A stretch of 64,000 nucleotides of DNA from Eledone cirrhosa (taxonomy: Eukaryota), in contig OZ024743.1 of assembly GCA_964016885.1 (NCBI GenBank), positions 104,780,001 through 104,844,000 on the forward strand, in the 5' to 3' direction. Shown one piece after another: positions 25,301 to 40,043 of this stretch. A model generated the notes under the pieces. It saw only the letters and a list, made by a program, of their open reading frames with translations, made no database searches and had not been told where the DNA came from. The first letter of the stretch is position 1. Every line of letters begins with the position of its first letter. A program made the translations under genes and the position numbers.

Positions 25301-28300
25301 GTGTATGTTAGTATGTGTGTGTGTATGTTAGTATGTGTGTATGTTAGTATGTGTGTGTATGTTAGTATGTGAGTGTGTATGTTAGTATGTGCGTGTTTCT
25401 TAGTATGTGTGTGTTTCTTAGTATGTGTGTGAGTGTTAGTATGTGTGTGTATGTTAGTATGTGTGTGTATATTTGTATGTTTGTGTGTGTTAGTATGTGT
25501 GTGTATGTTAGTATGTGTGTGTATGTTAGTATGTGTGTGTATGTTAGTATGTGTGTGTGTATGTTAGTATGTGTGTGTGTGTTAGTATGTGTGTGTGTTA
25601 GTATGTGTGTGTATGTTAGTATGTGTGTGTGTGTTTGTATGTGTGTGTATGTAAGTATGTGTGTGTTTGTTAGTATGTGTGTGTTTATGTTAGTATGTGT
25701 GTGTATGTTATTATGTGTGTGTTTGTTAGTATGTCTGTGTATGTTAGTATGTATGTGAGTGTTAGTATGTGTGTGTATGTTAGTATGGTATGTATGTTAG
25801 TATGTGTCTGTATGTTAGTATGTGTGTGTGTATGTTAGTATGTGTGTGTATGTTAGTATGTCTGTGTTTATGTTAGTATGTGTGTATATGTTGGTATGTG
25901 TGTGTATGTTAGTATGTGTGTGTTTGTTAGTATGTGTGTGTGTATGTTAGTATGTGTGTGTATGTTAGTATGTGTGTGTGTATGTTAGTATGTGTGTGTA
26001 TGTTAGTATGTGTGTGTATGTTAGTATGTGAGTGTGTATGTTAGTATGTGTGTGTTTCTTAGTATGTGTGTGTTTATGTTAGTATGTGTGTGTATGTTAG
26101 TATGTGTGTGTTTCTTAGTATGTGTGTGTTTGTTAGTATGAGTATGTATGTTAGTATGTGTGTGAGTGTTAGTATGTGTGTGTATGTTAGTATGTGTGTG
26201 TATGTTAGTATGTGTGTGTATGTTAGTATGTGAGCGTGTATGTTAGTATGTGTGTGTTTCTTAGTATGTGTGTGTTTATGTTAGTATGTGTGTGTATGTT
26301 AGTATGTGTGTGTATGTTAGTATGTGTGTGTATGATAGTATGAGTATGTATGTTAGTATGTGTGTAAGTGTTAGTATATGTGTGTATGTTAATATGTGTG
26401 TGTATATTTGTATGTTTGTGTGTGTTAGTATGTGTCAGTTAGTATGTGTGTGTATGTTAGTATGTGTGCGTATGTTAGTATGAGTGTGTATGATAGTATG
26501 TGTGTGTGTATGTTAGTATGTGTGTGTTATTATATGTGTGTATGTTAGTATGTGTCTGTATGTTACTATGTGTATATGTAAGTATGTGTGTGTATGTTAG
26601 TATGTGTGTGAGTGTTAGTATGTGTCTGTATGATGTTAGTATGTGTGTGTATGTTAGCATGTGTGTGTATGTTAGTATGTGTCTGTATGTTAGTATGTGT
26701 GTGTGTGTATGTTAGTATGTGTGTGTATGTTAGTATGTGTGTGAATGATAGTATATGTGTGTATGTTAGTATGTGTGTGTGTGTTAGTATGTGTGTGTAT
26801 GTTAGTATGTGTGTGTATGTTAGTATGTGTGTGTATGTTAGTATGTGTGTGTATGTTAGTATGTCTGTGTATGTTAGTATGTGTGTGTATGTTAGTATGT
26901 GTGTGTATGTTAGTATGTGTGTGTATGTTAGTATGTGTGTGTATGTTAGTGTGTATGAGTATGCTAGTATGTGTGTGCAAGTTAGTATGTGTGTGTATGT
27001 TAGTATGTGTGTGCATGTTAGTATGTGTGTGTATGTTACTATGTGTGTGTGTACATTAGTATGTGTGTCTGTGTTATTATGCGTGTGTATGTTAGTATGT
27101 GTGTGTATGTTAGTATGTCTGTGTATGTTAATATGTGTCTGTATGTTAGTATGTGTGTGTGTATGTTAGTATGGGTGTGTATGTTAGTATGTGTGTGTAT
27201 GTTAGTATGTGTGTGTATGTTAGTATGTGTGTGTGTGTTAGTATGTGTGTGTATGTTAGTATGTGTGTGTTTGTTAGTATGTGTGTGTTTATGTTAGTAT
27301 TTGTGTGTATGTTAATATGTGTGTGTTTGTTAGTATGTGTGTGTATGTTAGTATGTGTGTGTGTATGTTAGTATGTGTGTATGTTAGTATGGTGTGTATG
27401 TTAGTATGTATGTGAGTGTTATAGTGTGTGTGTATGTTAGTATGTGTATGTATGTTAGTATGTGTGTGTATGTTAGTATGTGTGTGTATGTTAGTATGTG
27501 TGTGTGTATGTTAGTATGTGTGCGTATGTTAGTATGTGTGTGTTTATGTTAGTATGTGTGTGTATGTTAGTATGTGTGTGTATGTTAGTATGTGTGTGTA
27601 TGTTAGTATGTGTGTGCATGCTAGTATGTGTGTGTGTATATTAGTATGTATGTGTGTGTTAATATGTGTGTGTATGTTAGTATGTGTGTGTATTTTAGTA
27701 TGTGTGTCTGTATGTTAGTATGTGTGTGTATGTTAGTATGTGTGTGTTTATGTTAGTATGTGTGTGTATGTTAGTATGTGTGTGTGTATGTTAGTATGTG
27801 TGTGTGTGTTAGTATATGTGTGTGTATGTTAGTATGTGTGTGTGTGTTAGTATATGTGTGTATGTTAGTATGTGTGTGTATGTTTGTATGTGTGTGTGTA
27901 TGTTAGTATGTGTGTGTGTGTTAGTATGTGTGTGTGTATGTTAGTATGTGTGTGTGTGTTAGTATATGTGTGTATGTTAGTATGTGTGCGTATGTTAGTA
28001 TGTGTGTGTATGTTAGTGTGTGTGTGTGTATGTTTGTATGTGTGTGTGTGTCAGTATGTGTGTGTGTATGTTAGTATGTGTGTGTATGTTAGTATGTGTG
28101 TGTATTTTAGTATGTGTGTGTTTATGTTAGTACGTGTGTGTATGTTAGTATGTGTGTGTATGTTAGTATGTGTGTGTATGTTAGTATGTGTGTGTGTATG
28201 TTAGTATGTGTGTGTGTCAGTATGTGTGTGTGTATGTTAATATGTGTGTGTATGTTAGTATGTGTGTGTATGTTAGTATGTGTGTATGTTAGTATGTGTG

Positions 28301-28740
28301 TGTGTATGTTAGTATGTGTGTGTGCGTCAGTATGTGTGTGTGTATGTTAGTATGTGTGTGTATGTTAGTATGTCTGTGTGTATGTTAGTATGTGTGTGTG
28401 TGTGTTAGTATGTGTGTGTATGTTAGTATGTGTGAGTGTATGTTAGTATGTGTGTTTATTTTAGTATGTGTGTGTGTATGTTAGTATGTGTGTGTGTTTG
28501 TATGTGTGTGTGCATGTTAGTATGTGTGTGTATGTTAGTATGTGTGTGTGTGTATGTTAGTATGTGTGTTTGTGTTAGTATGTCTGTGCACGTTAGTATG
28601 TGTGTGTATGTTACTATGTGTGTGTATGTTAATATGTGTGTGCGTATGTTAGTATGTGTGTTTATGTTAGTATGTGTGTGTGTACACTAGTATGTGTGTT
28701 TATGTTAGTATGTGTGTGTATGTTAGTATGTGTGTGTTTG
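19320..28740 (+). repeat. About 9.4-kb satellite, 18-bp unit (GTTAGTATGTGTGTGTAT)n, with kb-scale higher-order duplications
   Basis: Direct reading; identical ORF-track peptides recur at a 1788-bp offset (20552/22340, 20918/22706, 21465/23253, 21593/23381). Confidence 0.97.
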
Positions 28741-28856
28741 TATATGTGTATATTTTTGGAGTGCTATTTCGTTTTTTTTAAAAATAATTTATATGTATTT
28801 GAAATTGATGAACGGAATGCAGCCTGGTAACAAACCATATTAAATATGAGAGAGTG

Positions 28857-28956
28857 AACAACAGCAGCAACAACAGCAACAACAGCAACAACAGTAACAA
28901 CAGCAACAACAGCATCAACAACAACAACAGCAACAACAGTAACAAAAGCAACAACA
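28857..28956. repeat. (CAA/CAG)n trinucleotide tract
   Basis: Direct reading. Confidence 0.9.
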
Positions 28957-29030
28957 TGCATACAGAGCAATAACGAAGAACAATATACCAAAAGGAAATA
29001 AAACAAAACAAAATGATGAACGATAAAATA

Positions 29031-29220
29031 TAATTGTTTCTACTTTTGGCACAAGGCCAGCACATACCCAGTGCACTACTGGTACTATATTTTATCGACC
29101 CCGTAAGGATGAAAGGCAGAGTTAACATTGGCGGGATTTGAACTCAGACCATAAAGGGCCGTAACTCTTTGCTGCAAAGCATGGCGTCCGACCCTCTACC
29201 TATACTGCCAATCCACCGCC
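29031..29220 (-). mobile_element. tRNA-derived SINE with long target-site duplication
   Basis: GATGAACGATAAAATATAATTGTTT at 29015-29039 and 29221-29245 (partly overlapping the SINE tail). Confidence 0.92.
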
Positions 29221-29409
29221 GATGAACGATAAAATATAATTGTTTATACTTTAGTATAATGAAAAATAAAATGTATTGGAAGAAAATAATTTAAAAGATG
29301 GTTGGGTATCAGAGACTTTGTGCCTCCTACGCTGGAGAGTTCTATGAGAAGACCAATTAGTGAGATCAGCCTCATAGCTGTCGACAGTATTGCTAGGAAT
29401 ATTTTAAAC

Positions 29410-29621
29410 ATGATGATGATGATGATGATGATGATTATAATAATGATGGTGATAATGATGATAATGATGATGATGATGATGATGGTGATGATGGTGATGA
29501 TGATGATGTTGTTGATGATGATGTTGATGATGATCACGATGATGATCACGATGATGATCATGATGAGGATGATGATGATGATCACGATGATGATGATGAT
29601 GAGGATGATGATGATGATCAC

Positions 29622-29676
<55 letters not shown>

Positions 29677-29868
29677 GTAATGATGATAATTGTGACTGTT
29701 ACATACGATGCTGCTGATGATTACGATGTTGATGAAGATAATATTCCTAAAGATGATGATTATGATTGAAATGATGATAATGTTGACAGTAATGATGTTG
29801 TTGATGATGATGATGATGACTAGTGATAGCGAGTATGATGCTGATGGTGGTGCTGATGATGATGATAA
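29410..29868. repeat. (ATG/GAT)n trinucleotide microsatellite
   Basis: Direct reading. Confidence 0.95.
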
Positions 29869-30049
29869 ACTTTAAAATGAAACTTTGAAAAGCTATCCAC
29901 AGCTGAAGCGGGTCAGTACAAAACAAATAAGATAAGCAGAATCCTTTCTGTCAGAAATCTTTTTGAAAAGAAAACTAATATATTTTGCCTGAATTAATTT
30001 CTTTTCATTGTATACTATAAAGTTGCATGTGTATAAATTATGTGGGCAT

Positions 30050-30082
<33 letters not shown>

Positions 30083-30089
<7 letters not shown>

Positions 30090-30786
30090 TCTTTAAAGCG
30101 ATGAAATACCAATGAAGGTTGAAAGATCACTGATGAAGGACTAACTTTATTCATATGTAACCCATTTGCAACCACGCAGCACGTTTGTTTTTATATTCAC
30201 ACATATATTTTCCTCCGCTGTGACCCGTCTATTTCGTTCTTACTGCTTTCTCTGTATATTTCGCTTCCCTTTACCATCTCTAACAGTCACTCTCTCTGTT
30301 AGCCTCTTCCTCACCCTTCACTCACTCACTCTCTGCTACTACCTCTCCTACTTCCTCCCGTTTGACCTGTGCGTAATTCTTTTCTCGCGCACGCTTGACC
30401 AGGCTGGTTGTTCCTTTTTTCTCTCTTGTCTACGATTTCACAGAACTTATGTTCACCGAATTCAGGGACTAGATTCCTTCTTCCTCCCGTTTGACCTGTG
30501 CGGAATTCCTTCCTTGCTCACATTTCGACTAGGTTTGATGGTCTTTATTCTCTCTCGTTCACGATTTCACCGAACTTATATTCATAGAAATCTGGGACTT
30601 GACTCTTTCTTCCTCACTTTCCGTTGCATTACCATCTTTGTTTGTTTACAGTCTCGCTCGTTCCCCTTATTTACGTGTCCCAACGACTTTCTTTAGCCGT
30701 TGCTCGCACCAACCGGAAGTATATGGTCTTTAAAGCGATGAAATACCAATGAAGGTTGGAAGATCACTGATGAAGGACTAACTTTA

Positions 30787-30793
<7 letters not shown>
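30083..30793. mobile_element. Non-coding element with 74-bp direct terminal repeats (637-bp period) between (TA)n tracts; PLE pseudo-LTR-like
   Basis: tatatggtctttaaagcgatgaaatacc...ctgatgaaggactaactttattcatat at 30083-30156 and 30720-30793; internal sub-repeats of about 130 bp (cttcctcccgtttgacctgtgcg). Confidence 0.65.
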
Positions 30794-30829
<36 letters not shown>

Positions 30830-30837
<8 letters not shown>

Positions 30838-31111
30838 TAAAACATGTCTATAGAATTACCAGATAAAATATATACCATTTCCTCTTAATTGACTGTATAT
30901 CTGGGCGATTACGCTGTCGAAATATTCGATAAATATTCCGTCGCAGCCGGCGCGAAGGGCTGGTTTCGGTTATTTGTTGGAGATTTCTTCATAGAAGCCT
31001 TATTCTTATAGCTTGGTCTATTCGATTTTTTATATGGTTAATTATGGTAATTGGGAGAGGAAATGGTATATATTTTATCTGGTGATTCTATAGACATGTT
31101 TTATGATATAT
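30830..31111. repeat. Inverted repeat, about 55-bp arms
   Basis: tatatcataaaacatgtctatagaattaccagataaaatatataccatttcctct versus agaggaaatggtatatattttatctggtgattctatagacatgttttatgatata. Confidence 0.85.
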
Positions 31112-31176
31112 AGCTCTGATTATTTAATTTATTAACTTTTCATTGAGCCACAAAGTGACCCGTTGCAAAACACGTA

Positions 31177-31234
<58 letters not shown>

Positions 31235-31346
31235 ACCTTCATATATATATATATATATATAAAGCTCCGAACCCTCCTCTACTCCCTCCTAAGCGTAATA
31301 CTAATATGATTTTGTGTTTTTGCATCTCTGTATTTGTGTTATTATT

Positions 31347-31493
<147 letters not shown>

Positions 31494-31502
31494 TATATAT
31501 AT

Positions 31503-31721
31503 AAATGTAATCAGAGTTTTTCGAATATTAATAATAACATTCGATTCGTTTGCAATTATGCAAACAAGCCTCAATTTTATAGCCATGTCAGTAGAATGAA
31601 CACTTCATTCTTCCTCTTATGTTGGCATGTTCACATACGAGCTACAAAATTGAGGCTTGTTTGCATAATTGCAAAAGAATCGAATGTTACTATTAATATT
31701 CGAAAAACTCAGATTACATTT
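31503..31721. repeat. Inverted repeat, about 80-bp arms; related fragment at about 44325-44375
   Basis: aaatgtaatcagagtttttcgaatattaat...cctcaattttatagc versus gctacaaaattgagg...attcgaaaaactcagattacattt. Confidence 0.88.
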
Positions 31722-31802
31722 ATTGTATTCAGCCATGTAGAGCGAAAATGTGCTTATATATATATAAATATATATATACACATACACGTACACACACGCT
31801 CG

Positions 31803-31920
<118 letters not shown>

Positions 31921-32235
31921 TACACACACACATATATATATATGTCTATGTATATGTATATGATTAGGGACTGCCAGCCATGAGTATAACACGGAATTGA
32001 CAGACTGTCCTTGAATCGAATCGGTCCTCTATTTTCTATTTTCTATTCTCTATTTCTGTACAAGGTAAACCTGTCATATAATTCTAAAAACAACACCTGA
32101 TGATATCGTCTAGCCTTGCATCACAAATCGATGATGTGGCTGGGCCGTCGAGATTTTTAGCGGTTTCATGGTATTGGAATTCTGGGATAAATTTTCCAGT
32201 CCAGCCTTCTGTTGTTGCTTTAATATATATATATA

Positions 32236-33465
<1,230 letters not shown>

Positions 33466-33613
33466 AATATATATTTATATATATATATATATACATATGA
33501 TTCCAGTTCCTTAGAGGAATAACAACACAACCAGCAGCTGGACATATCGATGTATTGACGGAGTAAAACACACTTCAACAACATGTGTACCTGTCTCTCC
33601 CACACCAATTCGG

Positions 33614-33668
33614 GCTGCCTGAAGAGGTCACAGCCAATGATGGCTGTCACCGAAATATATATAGTAGT
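33614..33668 (+). ncRNA. Minimal type I hammerhead ribozyme
   Basis: gctgc-CTGAAGA-GGTcACAGCCA-atga-TGGCTGTcACC-GAAA-tatata-TA-gtagt: intact core, long stem II, palindromic stem III, 5-bp stem I. Confidence 0.8.
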
Positions 33669-33930
33669 ATATCTATAATTTATAATAAACGAAGACAAAT
33701 TTTAATATTTTTTATATTAATTATTTTATATTACTCCGGAGTAAAAGACCAACCTGCGCACTTCGACGAGTGCTCCAATCTGTATACTGAGGTGTCGGTA
33801 AACAACCAACATATACTCACAATCTCTCTTTCAGATCTAACTCTTTTCTCTATTACCCACTCTACTTCCCTAAGTATCGAAAGCACTGGTGCGTAATGGT
33901 CTACCTGGTATCTTATCACACCTTGTTTGT

Positions 33931-33962
<32 letters not shown>

Positions 33963-34030
33963 CACACACACACATATGCATGTGTATTTGCTGGCATTAG
34001 CGTACATCTGTGCGCTTATGTTAGTATATT

Positions 34031-34080
<50 letters not shown>

Positions 34081-34119
34081 CGAAACATAAGTCAATTGCA
34101 TGAACTTATAATCCTTTAT

Positions 34120-34172
34120 TTACTACTATATTTCGATGATAACCATTGAATGGCTATGACCTCGTCAGGCAG
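34120..34172 (-). ncRNA. Minimal type I hammerhead ribozyme, homolog of 33614
   Basis: Minus strand: ctgc-CTGACGA-GGTcATAGCCA-ttcaa-TGGTTATcATC-GAAA-tatag-TA-gta. Confidence 0.7.
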
Positions 34173-34257
34173 TTAGTCTAATATATATATATTAGAAAGT
34201 GAGTTTTTTTTACAAAATGAAAAATAACCGAGGTGTCCTTCACGAGTGAAAGTATAG

Positions 34258-34471
34258 AGAAAAAAAGATGAAATCGAAAATGCAACTGGAGTCTTATTTA
34301 AAAAAAAATATATATATTTATTTGGTTCCTTTACCGGTTTTTCTCACAAAAACCACAGACCCTCCATCTCAACTCTACTTTTGAAAAGCAGAACTGCGAA
34401 ACCGGTAAAGGAACCAAATAAATATATATATTTTTTAAAAAATAGGACTCCAGTTGCATTTTCGATTTCAT

Positions 34472-34480
<9 letters not shown>
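34258..34480. repeat. Fold-back element with about 80-bp arms and a degenerate minimal hammerhead at 34377-34411; diverged copy at about 34720-34880
   Basis: Arms gaaaaaaagatgaaatcg...ttcctttaccggttt / aaaccggtaaagg...catcttttctc; actt-TTGAAAA-gcag-aa-ctgc-GAAACCGGTA-aagg. Confidence 0.75.
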
Positions 34481-34715
<235 letters not shown>

Positions 34716-35296
34716 AACATTATTTTTTTTTAAATAAAAAAGCGAGATTTCCTACACATGTGAAAGTATAAGGAAAAAGAAGTAAAAAATGAACTGGAGT
34801 CTTTTAAGAATATTTATTTATTTCCTTTACCGGTTTCACAGTTCAAAAGTAGAACTGAGATGGAGGTTTGTGGTTTGTCTCACATGTGTGTGTATTTGTG
34901 TGTGTAGTACGAAATATGTAGACAGTATATACTGATTGATACACTTTTGTATATACTGGGGTATATGAGTGTATGATTTGTTTATACACATCATTTAAGA
35001 AGGACGAACTTACCTGGACGCCTCAACGATGTTACTCGACATCTAAGAAATAGCAGCCAAATATCCTTATAATATCAACCTACCATCTCAAATATAGTAA
35101 GTAATAATATGAAGAGAAATACAAAAACAAAACAAAAGAAAAAAAGGAAATGGTGGCATGATTATAGATTTCCTTCATCAGGTTTGACCTAGGGCTAAAC
35201 GAGACATCAGCTTCGACGTCCACTTGGTTTCATTGATCACTTAAGAAAATAAATAATTTCTTTAGAATATATGTATATAAACACACACACACAAAC

Positions 35297-35338
<42 letters not shown>

Positions 35339-35383
35339 GAATACATATATATGATATATATATACATATAGAATACATATATA

Positions 35384-35450
<67 letters not shown>

Positions 35451-35608
35451 AGAATATATATGTATATATATGTATATACATACATATATAAAATATATAT
35501 GTATATATATATATATATATATGTATATAACCACACACACGTATATATATATATATCAATATACCTTGTTTTTAGTAACCGCACAGCTCCTTTCGTTTTC
35601 TAACTTTT

Positions 35609-35690
<82 letters not shown>

Positions 35691-35994
35691 TGTATATATA
35701 TATATATATATATATATTTAGAGAGAGAGAGAGGGGGGGGGGGTAGATGGAAATTTGGGGTAAGAAGAACTACTACACTATGTAGTCCTTAGACAGATTC
35801 TTCGTTCTGACATTCTATAATTGGCGTCAGCTCTTTTAACGGTTTTCATTTTCAACGGTGCCTTCAGGCGTTACTACTTAACCAAGTCATTGTCATTACC
35901 ATCTTCAATACCATCAATGCCATTGTTTGGAGATGAGCAAGAGTAAAAATCACTATACTTAAAGACTTATAGCTCCATATGTGTGTAGCTGTGT

Positions 35995-36027
<33 letters not shown>

Positions 36028-36063
36028 CATATATATATGTTTGTATGTATGTGTTCGCATGTG

Positions 36064-36145
<82 letters not shown>

Positions 36146-36191
36146 AATGTATAAATGTATACACACATTTATATATATATATATATATATT

Positions 36192-36310
<119 letters not shown>

Positions 36311-36345
36311 GTATACACACATTTATATATATATATATATATATT

Positions 36346-36462
<117 letters not shown>

Positions 36463-36510
36463 AAACTCATATTTGTACTGCCTCTCTGTTTTTGTTCCTG
36501 TCTAACTATT

Positions 36511-36567
<57 letters not shown>

Positions 36568-36836
36568 TGGTTGGGTTGTTTTTTAAACAAAGAGATTTTG
36601 ACATATTGCGCATGCGTTTGTATGTTATAAGTGGTGTGAAAGTTTGCATGTGTGTGCGTATACATAACTACGTGTATTCATACATGAGTAAGGTATGCAT
36701 TTATGTAAGCTTATATATATACGTATGTATGTATATATGCAAGTATATATGCATTGGCATTTATCGATTCGAATTATGATACATAGATACATGCACACAC
36801 ACACACACACACACACATGTATATATATATATACAA

Positions 36837-36948
<112 letters not shown>

Positions 36949-37045
36949 GCATACATACACACGCATATGCATAAACACATATATATGATGACTCTTTTTT
37001 TTCACGTTTTTGAAATTAGCAAAAAATTTCAATATTTGTATATTG

Positions 37046-37076
<31 letters not shown>

Positions 37077-37085
37077 TTATGTATG

Positions 37086-37184
<99 letters not shown>

Positions 37185-37266
37185 ATCTATAGAATTGAAC
37201 ACAGAAAAATATATTAAAAATTATAAAGGCTGAAAGCAATGAACACAGACATTTTTTTTTTTGTTA

Positions 37267-37299
<33 letters not shown>

Positions 37300-37576
37300 C
37301 ATTATTAATTGATTATAATGTTATATCAATAAAATTAGAAACATGATCTTTTAACTGTCATGCTATTGTTACTGTTGTTATAGTCGTTGGTGTCATTATT
37401 GTTGTTGTTATTGTAAAGTCAAACTAATAAGGCTACAATATGTTTTTGAAAATATTTTCGACTGGCGCCGAAAGTATTTTCAACTGATTCATCTTTTATC
37501 TACCTCATCTGTTACAATCTCTCATTTTATTGCATATATAAGTATTTTACATATCACTCAAAAATCGATATATAAT

Positions 37577-37615
<39 letters not shown>

Positions 37616-37771
37616 ACATAATGGACACACACACATACACACACACAAACACGCACACACACATATATTTATGTATATATATATATATATATATATACGT
37701 ACATGCTTACATAAATGCTTACATACGTAAACTCACATATATATATGTGTGTTTACGTATGTATGTGGGTT

Positions 37772-37821
<50 letters not shown>

Positions 37822-38069
37822 AACCCACATATATATATATATATATAGTGAAATGTAGTGTATGTAAAATGTAAAATGTATATATATATATATGTATGTA
37901 TATATATATATATGTATATATATATATGTAAAATGTATATATATATATATATATATATGCTATATTGTGCTATGTTAATTATTGACTTTTAAAACTTTTC
38001 CATTATCTATTTTAATCTATATATGTTTGTATTTTCTCAATTTTCTCTTCCAACGCCCCCTCTCTATGT

Positions 38070-38104
<35 letters not shown>

Positions 38105-39223
38105 TATATATATATACAAACCCACATACATACGTAAACACACATATATATATGTGTGTTTACGTATGCATGGATTTATGTAAGCATGTACGTATACATG
38201 TATGCATACATTTATGTATTTATGAGCGTATATTTGTATACACGCACACACACACACACACACATACACACACACACACACGCATATATATATATATATA
38301 TGTTGCATGTCTATATATATGTATGTATGTCAGTATATATGTGTGTATTTATGTATCTTTGTATATATATATGTATGTGTGTATATATGTATATTTGTAT
38401 ATATATATGTATGTATATATGTATGTTTGTGTATATATGTATACATATATATGTATGTGTGCGTATATGTATGTTTGTGTATATATGTATATATGTATGT
38501 GTGCGTATATGTATGTTTGTGTATATATGTATATATATATGTATCTGTGCGTATATGTATGTTTGTGTATCTATGTACGTATATATGTATGTGTGCGTAT
38601 ATGTATGTTTGTGTATATATATGTATGAGTAGATGCTATGTTTAATGTATTTTGAAACGAAATTCGATCATCAAAATCGAAGAACTTCCCAAATTAACAT
38701 AAACCCTTTCTTATCTCTCACTCTCTCACCCTTCTTCATATTTTCGTTATGTTACTCTCTCCTCTACTTCCTCTCCCCTCTCTTTCTTCTCTACTATCTC
38801 CCCTTATTTTTTCTATCCCCTTTCTCTACTTGTCACTTTCCTGATTTCTCTCCTATCTCTTTTTAGCTCTCTCCCTTCTCTCTTTATTTATCTCTCTCTC
38901 CTCTTTCTCCTTATCTCTCTTCTCGATCTTCTAATCTGTCTCCCCTCTTTCCTTATCTCCCCTCACCCTTCTTATCTTTCCTCTCTCTCTCTCCTCTCTT
39001 CTTATCTCTCACCTCTCTCTTCGTATCTCTCTCCGCTGTCTCTCCTTATCTCCCTCCTCTCTAATTTTAGAGAACAGAAAATGGAACGTATTCCCGGGTA
39101 ATTGTAGATTGGAAACAAAAAACGAGAATGTGCGGAGGGAGAGAAAGAAAAAGAGGCTCAGATAGAAAGATACACCACACATACACAACTACTCACGCTG
39201 CGCATAACCACGCACACACATAC

Positions 39224-39280
<57 letters not shown>

Positions 39281-39282
<2 letters not shown>

Positions 39283-39560
39283 GGAAAAATTTGAACAGGA
39301 ACAAAACAGAGAGGCAGTACAACGAATGTTTATTAATTTCACGCTCTGGAGAGTGGGGTGGTGGTGGGGAACGACGTTTCGGGCATAAGCCCTTCCTCAG
39401 GTGAGAAGTGTGTGGGAACAGAGTTCAAAGGGTGTGTAGGGGAGTGGTGGAGAGACATATAGCGAAAGGAAACGGTGCGAATGAAATTAAAAATAAAAAT
39501 AAAAATAAAAATAAAAATAAAAATAAAAATAAAGCATGATCAAAATACAAGGAATGAAAT
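39281..39560 (-). mobile_element. PLE pseudo-LTR-like fragment carrying a minimal hammerhead
   Basis: Near-identical to 44416-44690; bounded by (TA)n. Confidence 0.75.
39370..39403 (-). ncRNA. Minimal type I hammerhead ribozyme (PLE-type)
   Basis: Minus strand: cac-CTGAGGA-a-GGGC-ttat-GCCC-GAAACGTC-gt; ACGT palindromic stem III. Confidence 0.75.
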
Positions 39561-39619
39561 AATATATATATATATATATTGACAAGTAAGTATGTTTTGA
39601 AACAGCGAGCAAGTTTGAA

Positions 39620-39812
39620 ATTAGAAAATAGGAGCTTTCACCGTATTTTTTTGACTAAAGAAATTTTAGCCTGATAGTGTAAAAAGATGAGTATTGACGT
39701 GCATGTACGTCAATACTCATCTTTTTCCATTTCTCTGAGGGTTCTAAACCCCACTATCAGGCTAAAATTTCTTTAGTAAAAAAAATACGGTGAAAGCTTC
39801 TATTTTCAAATT
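39620..39812. repeat. Nested inverted repeat (about 60-bp outer arms enclosing a 46-bp hairpin)
   Basis: Outer gaaaataggagctttcaccgta...gcctgatagtg / cactatcaggc...tacggtgaaagcttctattttc; inner aaaaagatgagtattgacgt-gcatgt-acgtcaatactcatcttttt. Confidence 0.85.
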
Positions 39813-39817
39813 TATAT

Positions 39818-39878
<61 letters not shown>

Positions 39879-39883
<5 letters not shown>

Positions 39884-39956
39884 GATGTTCCCCCAAATGC
39901 ATACATACTTTTATTAGAATGCTGTTGAAGTCTGTTTACATTTTTTTAGGACACCT

Positions 39957-39960
<4 letters not shown>
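39879..39960. mobile_element. Tiny Tc1/mariner-type MITE relic
   Basis: TA-caggatgttcc ... ggacaccttg resembles CAGGGTGTCC/GGACACCCTG termini; flanked by TA repeats. Confidence 0.45.

Positions 39961-40043
<83 letters not shown>

Noticed and set aside
19320-28740. CRISPR array or telomeric repeat
   Set aside because: No unique spacers or cas genes, eukaryotic context; the unit contains TTAGT, not TTAGG/TTAGGG.
29244-29769. Poly-Met / poly-Ile ORFs
   Set aside because: (ATG)n microsatellite.
35165-35185. Minus-strand CTGATGA as a hammerhead
   Set aside because: No stem II or properly placed GAAA/UH; appears to be part of an unrelated diverged repeat.
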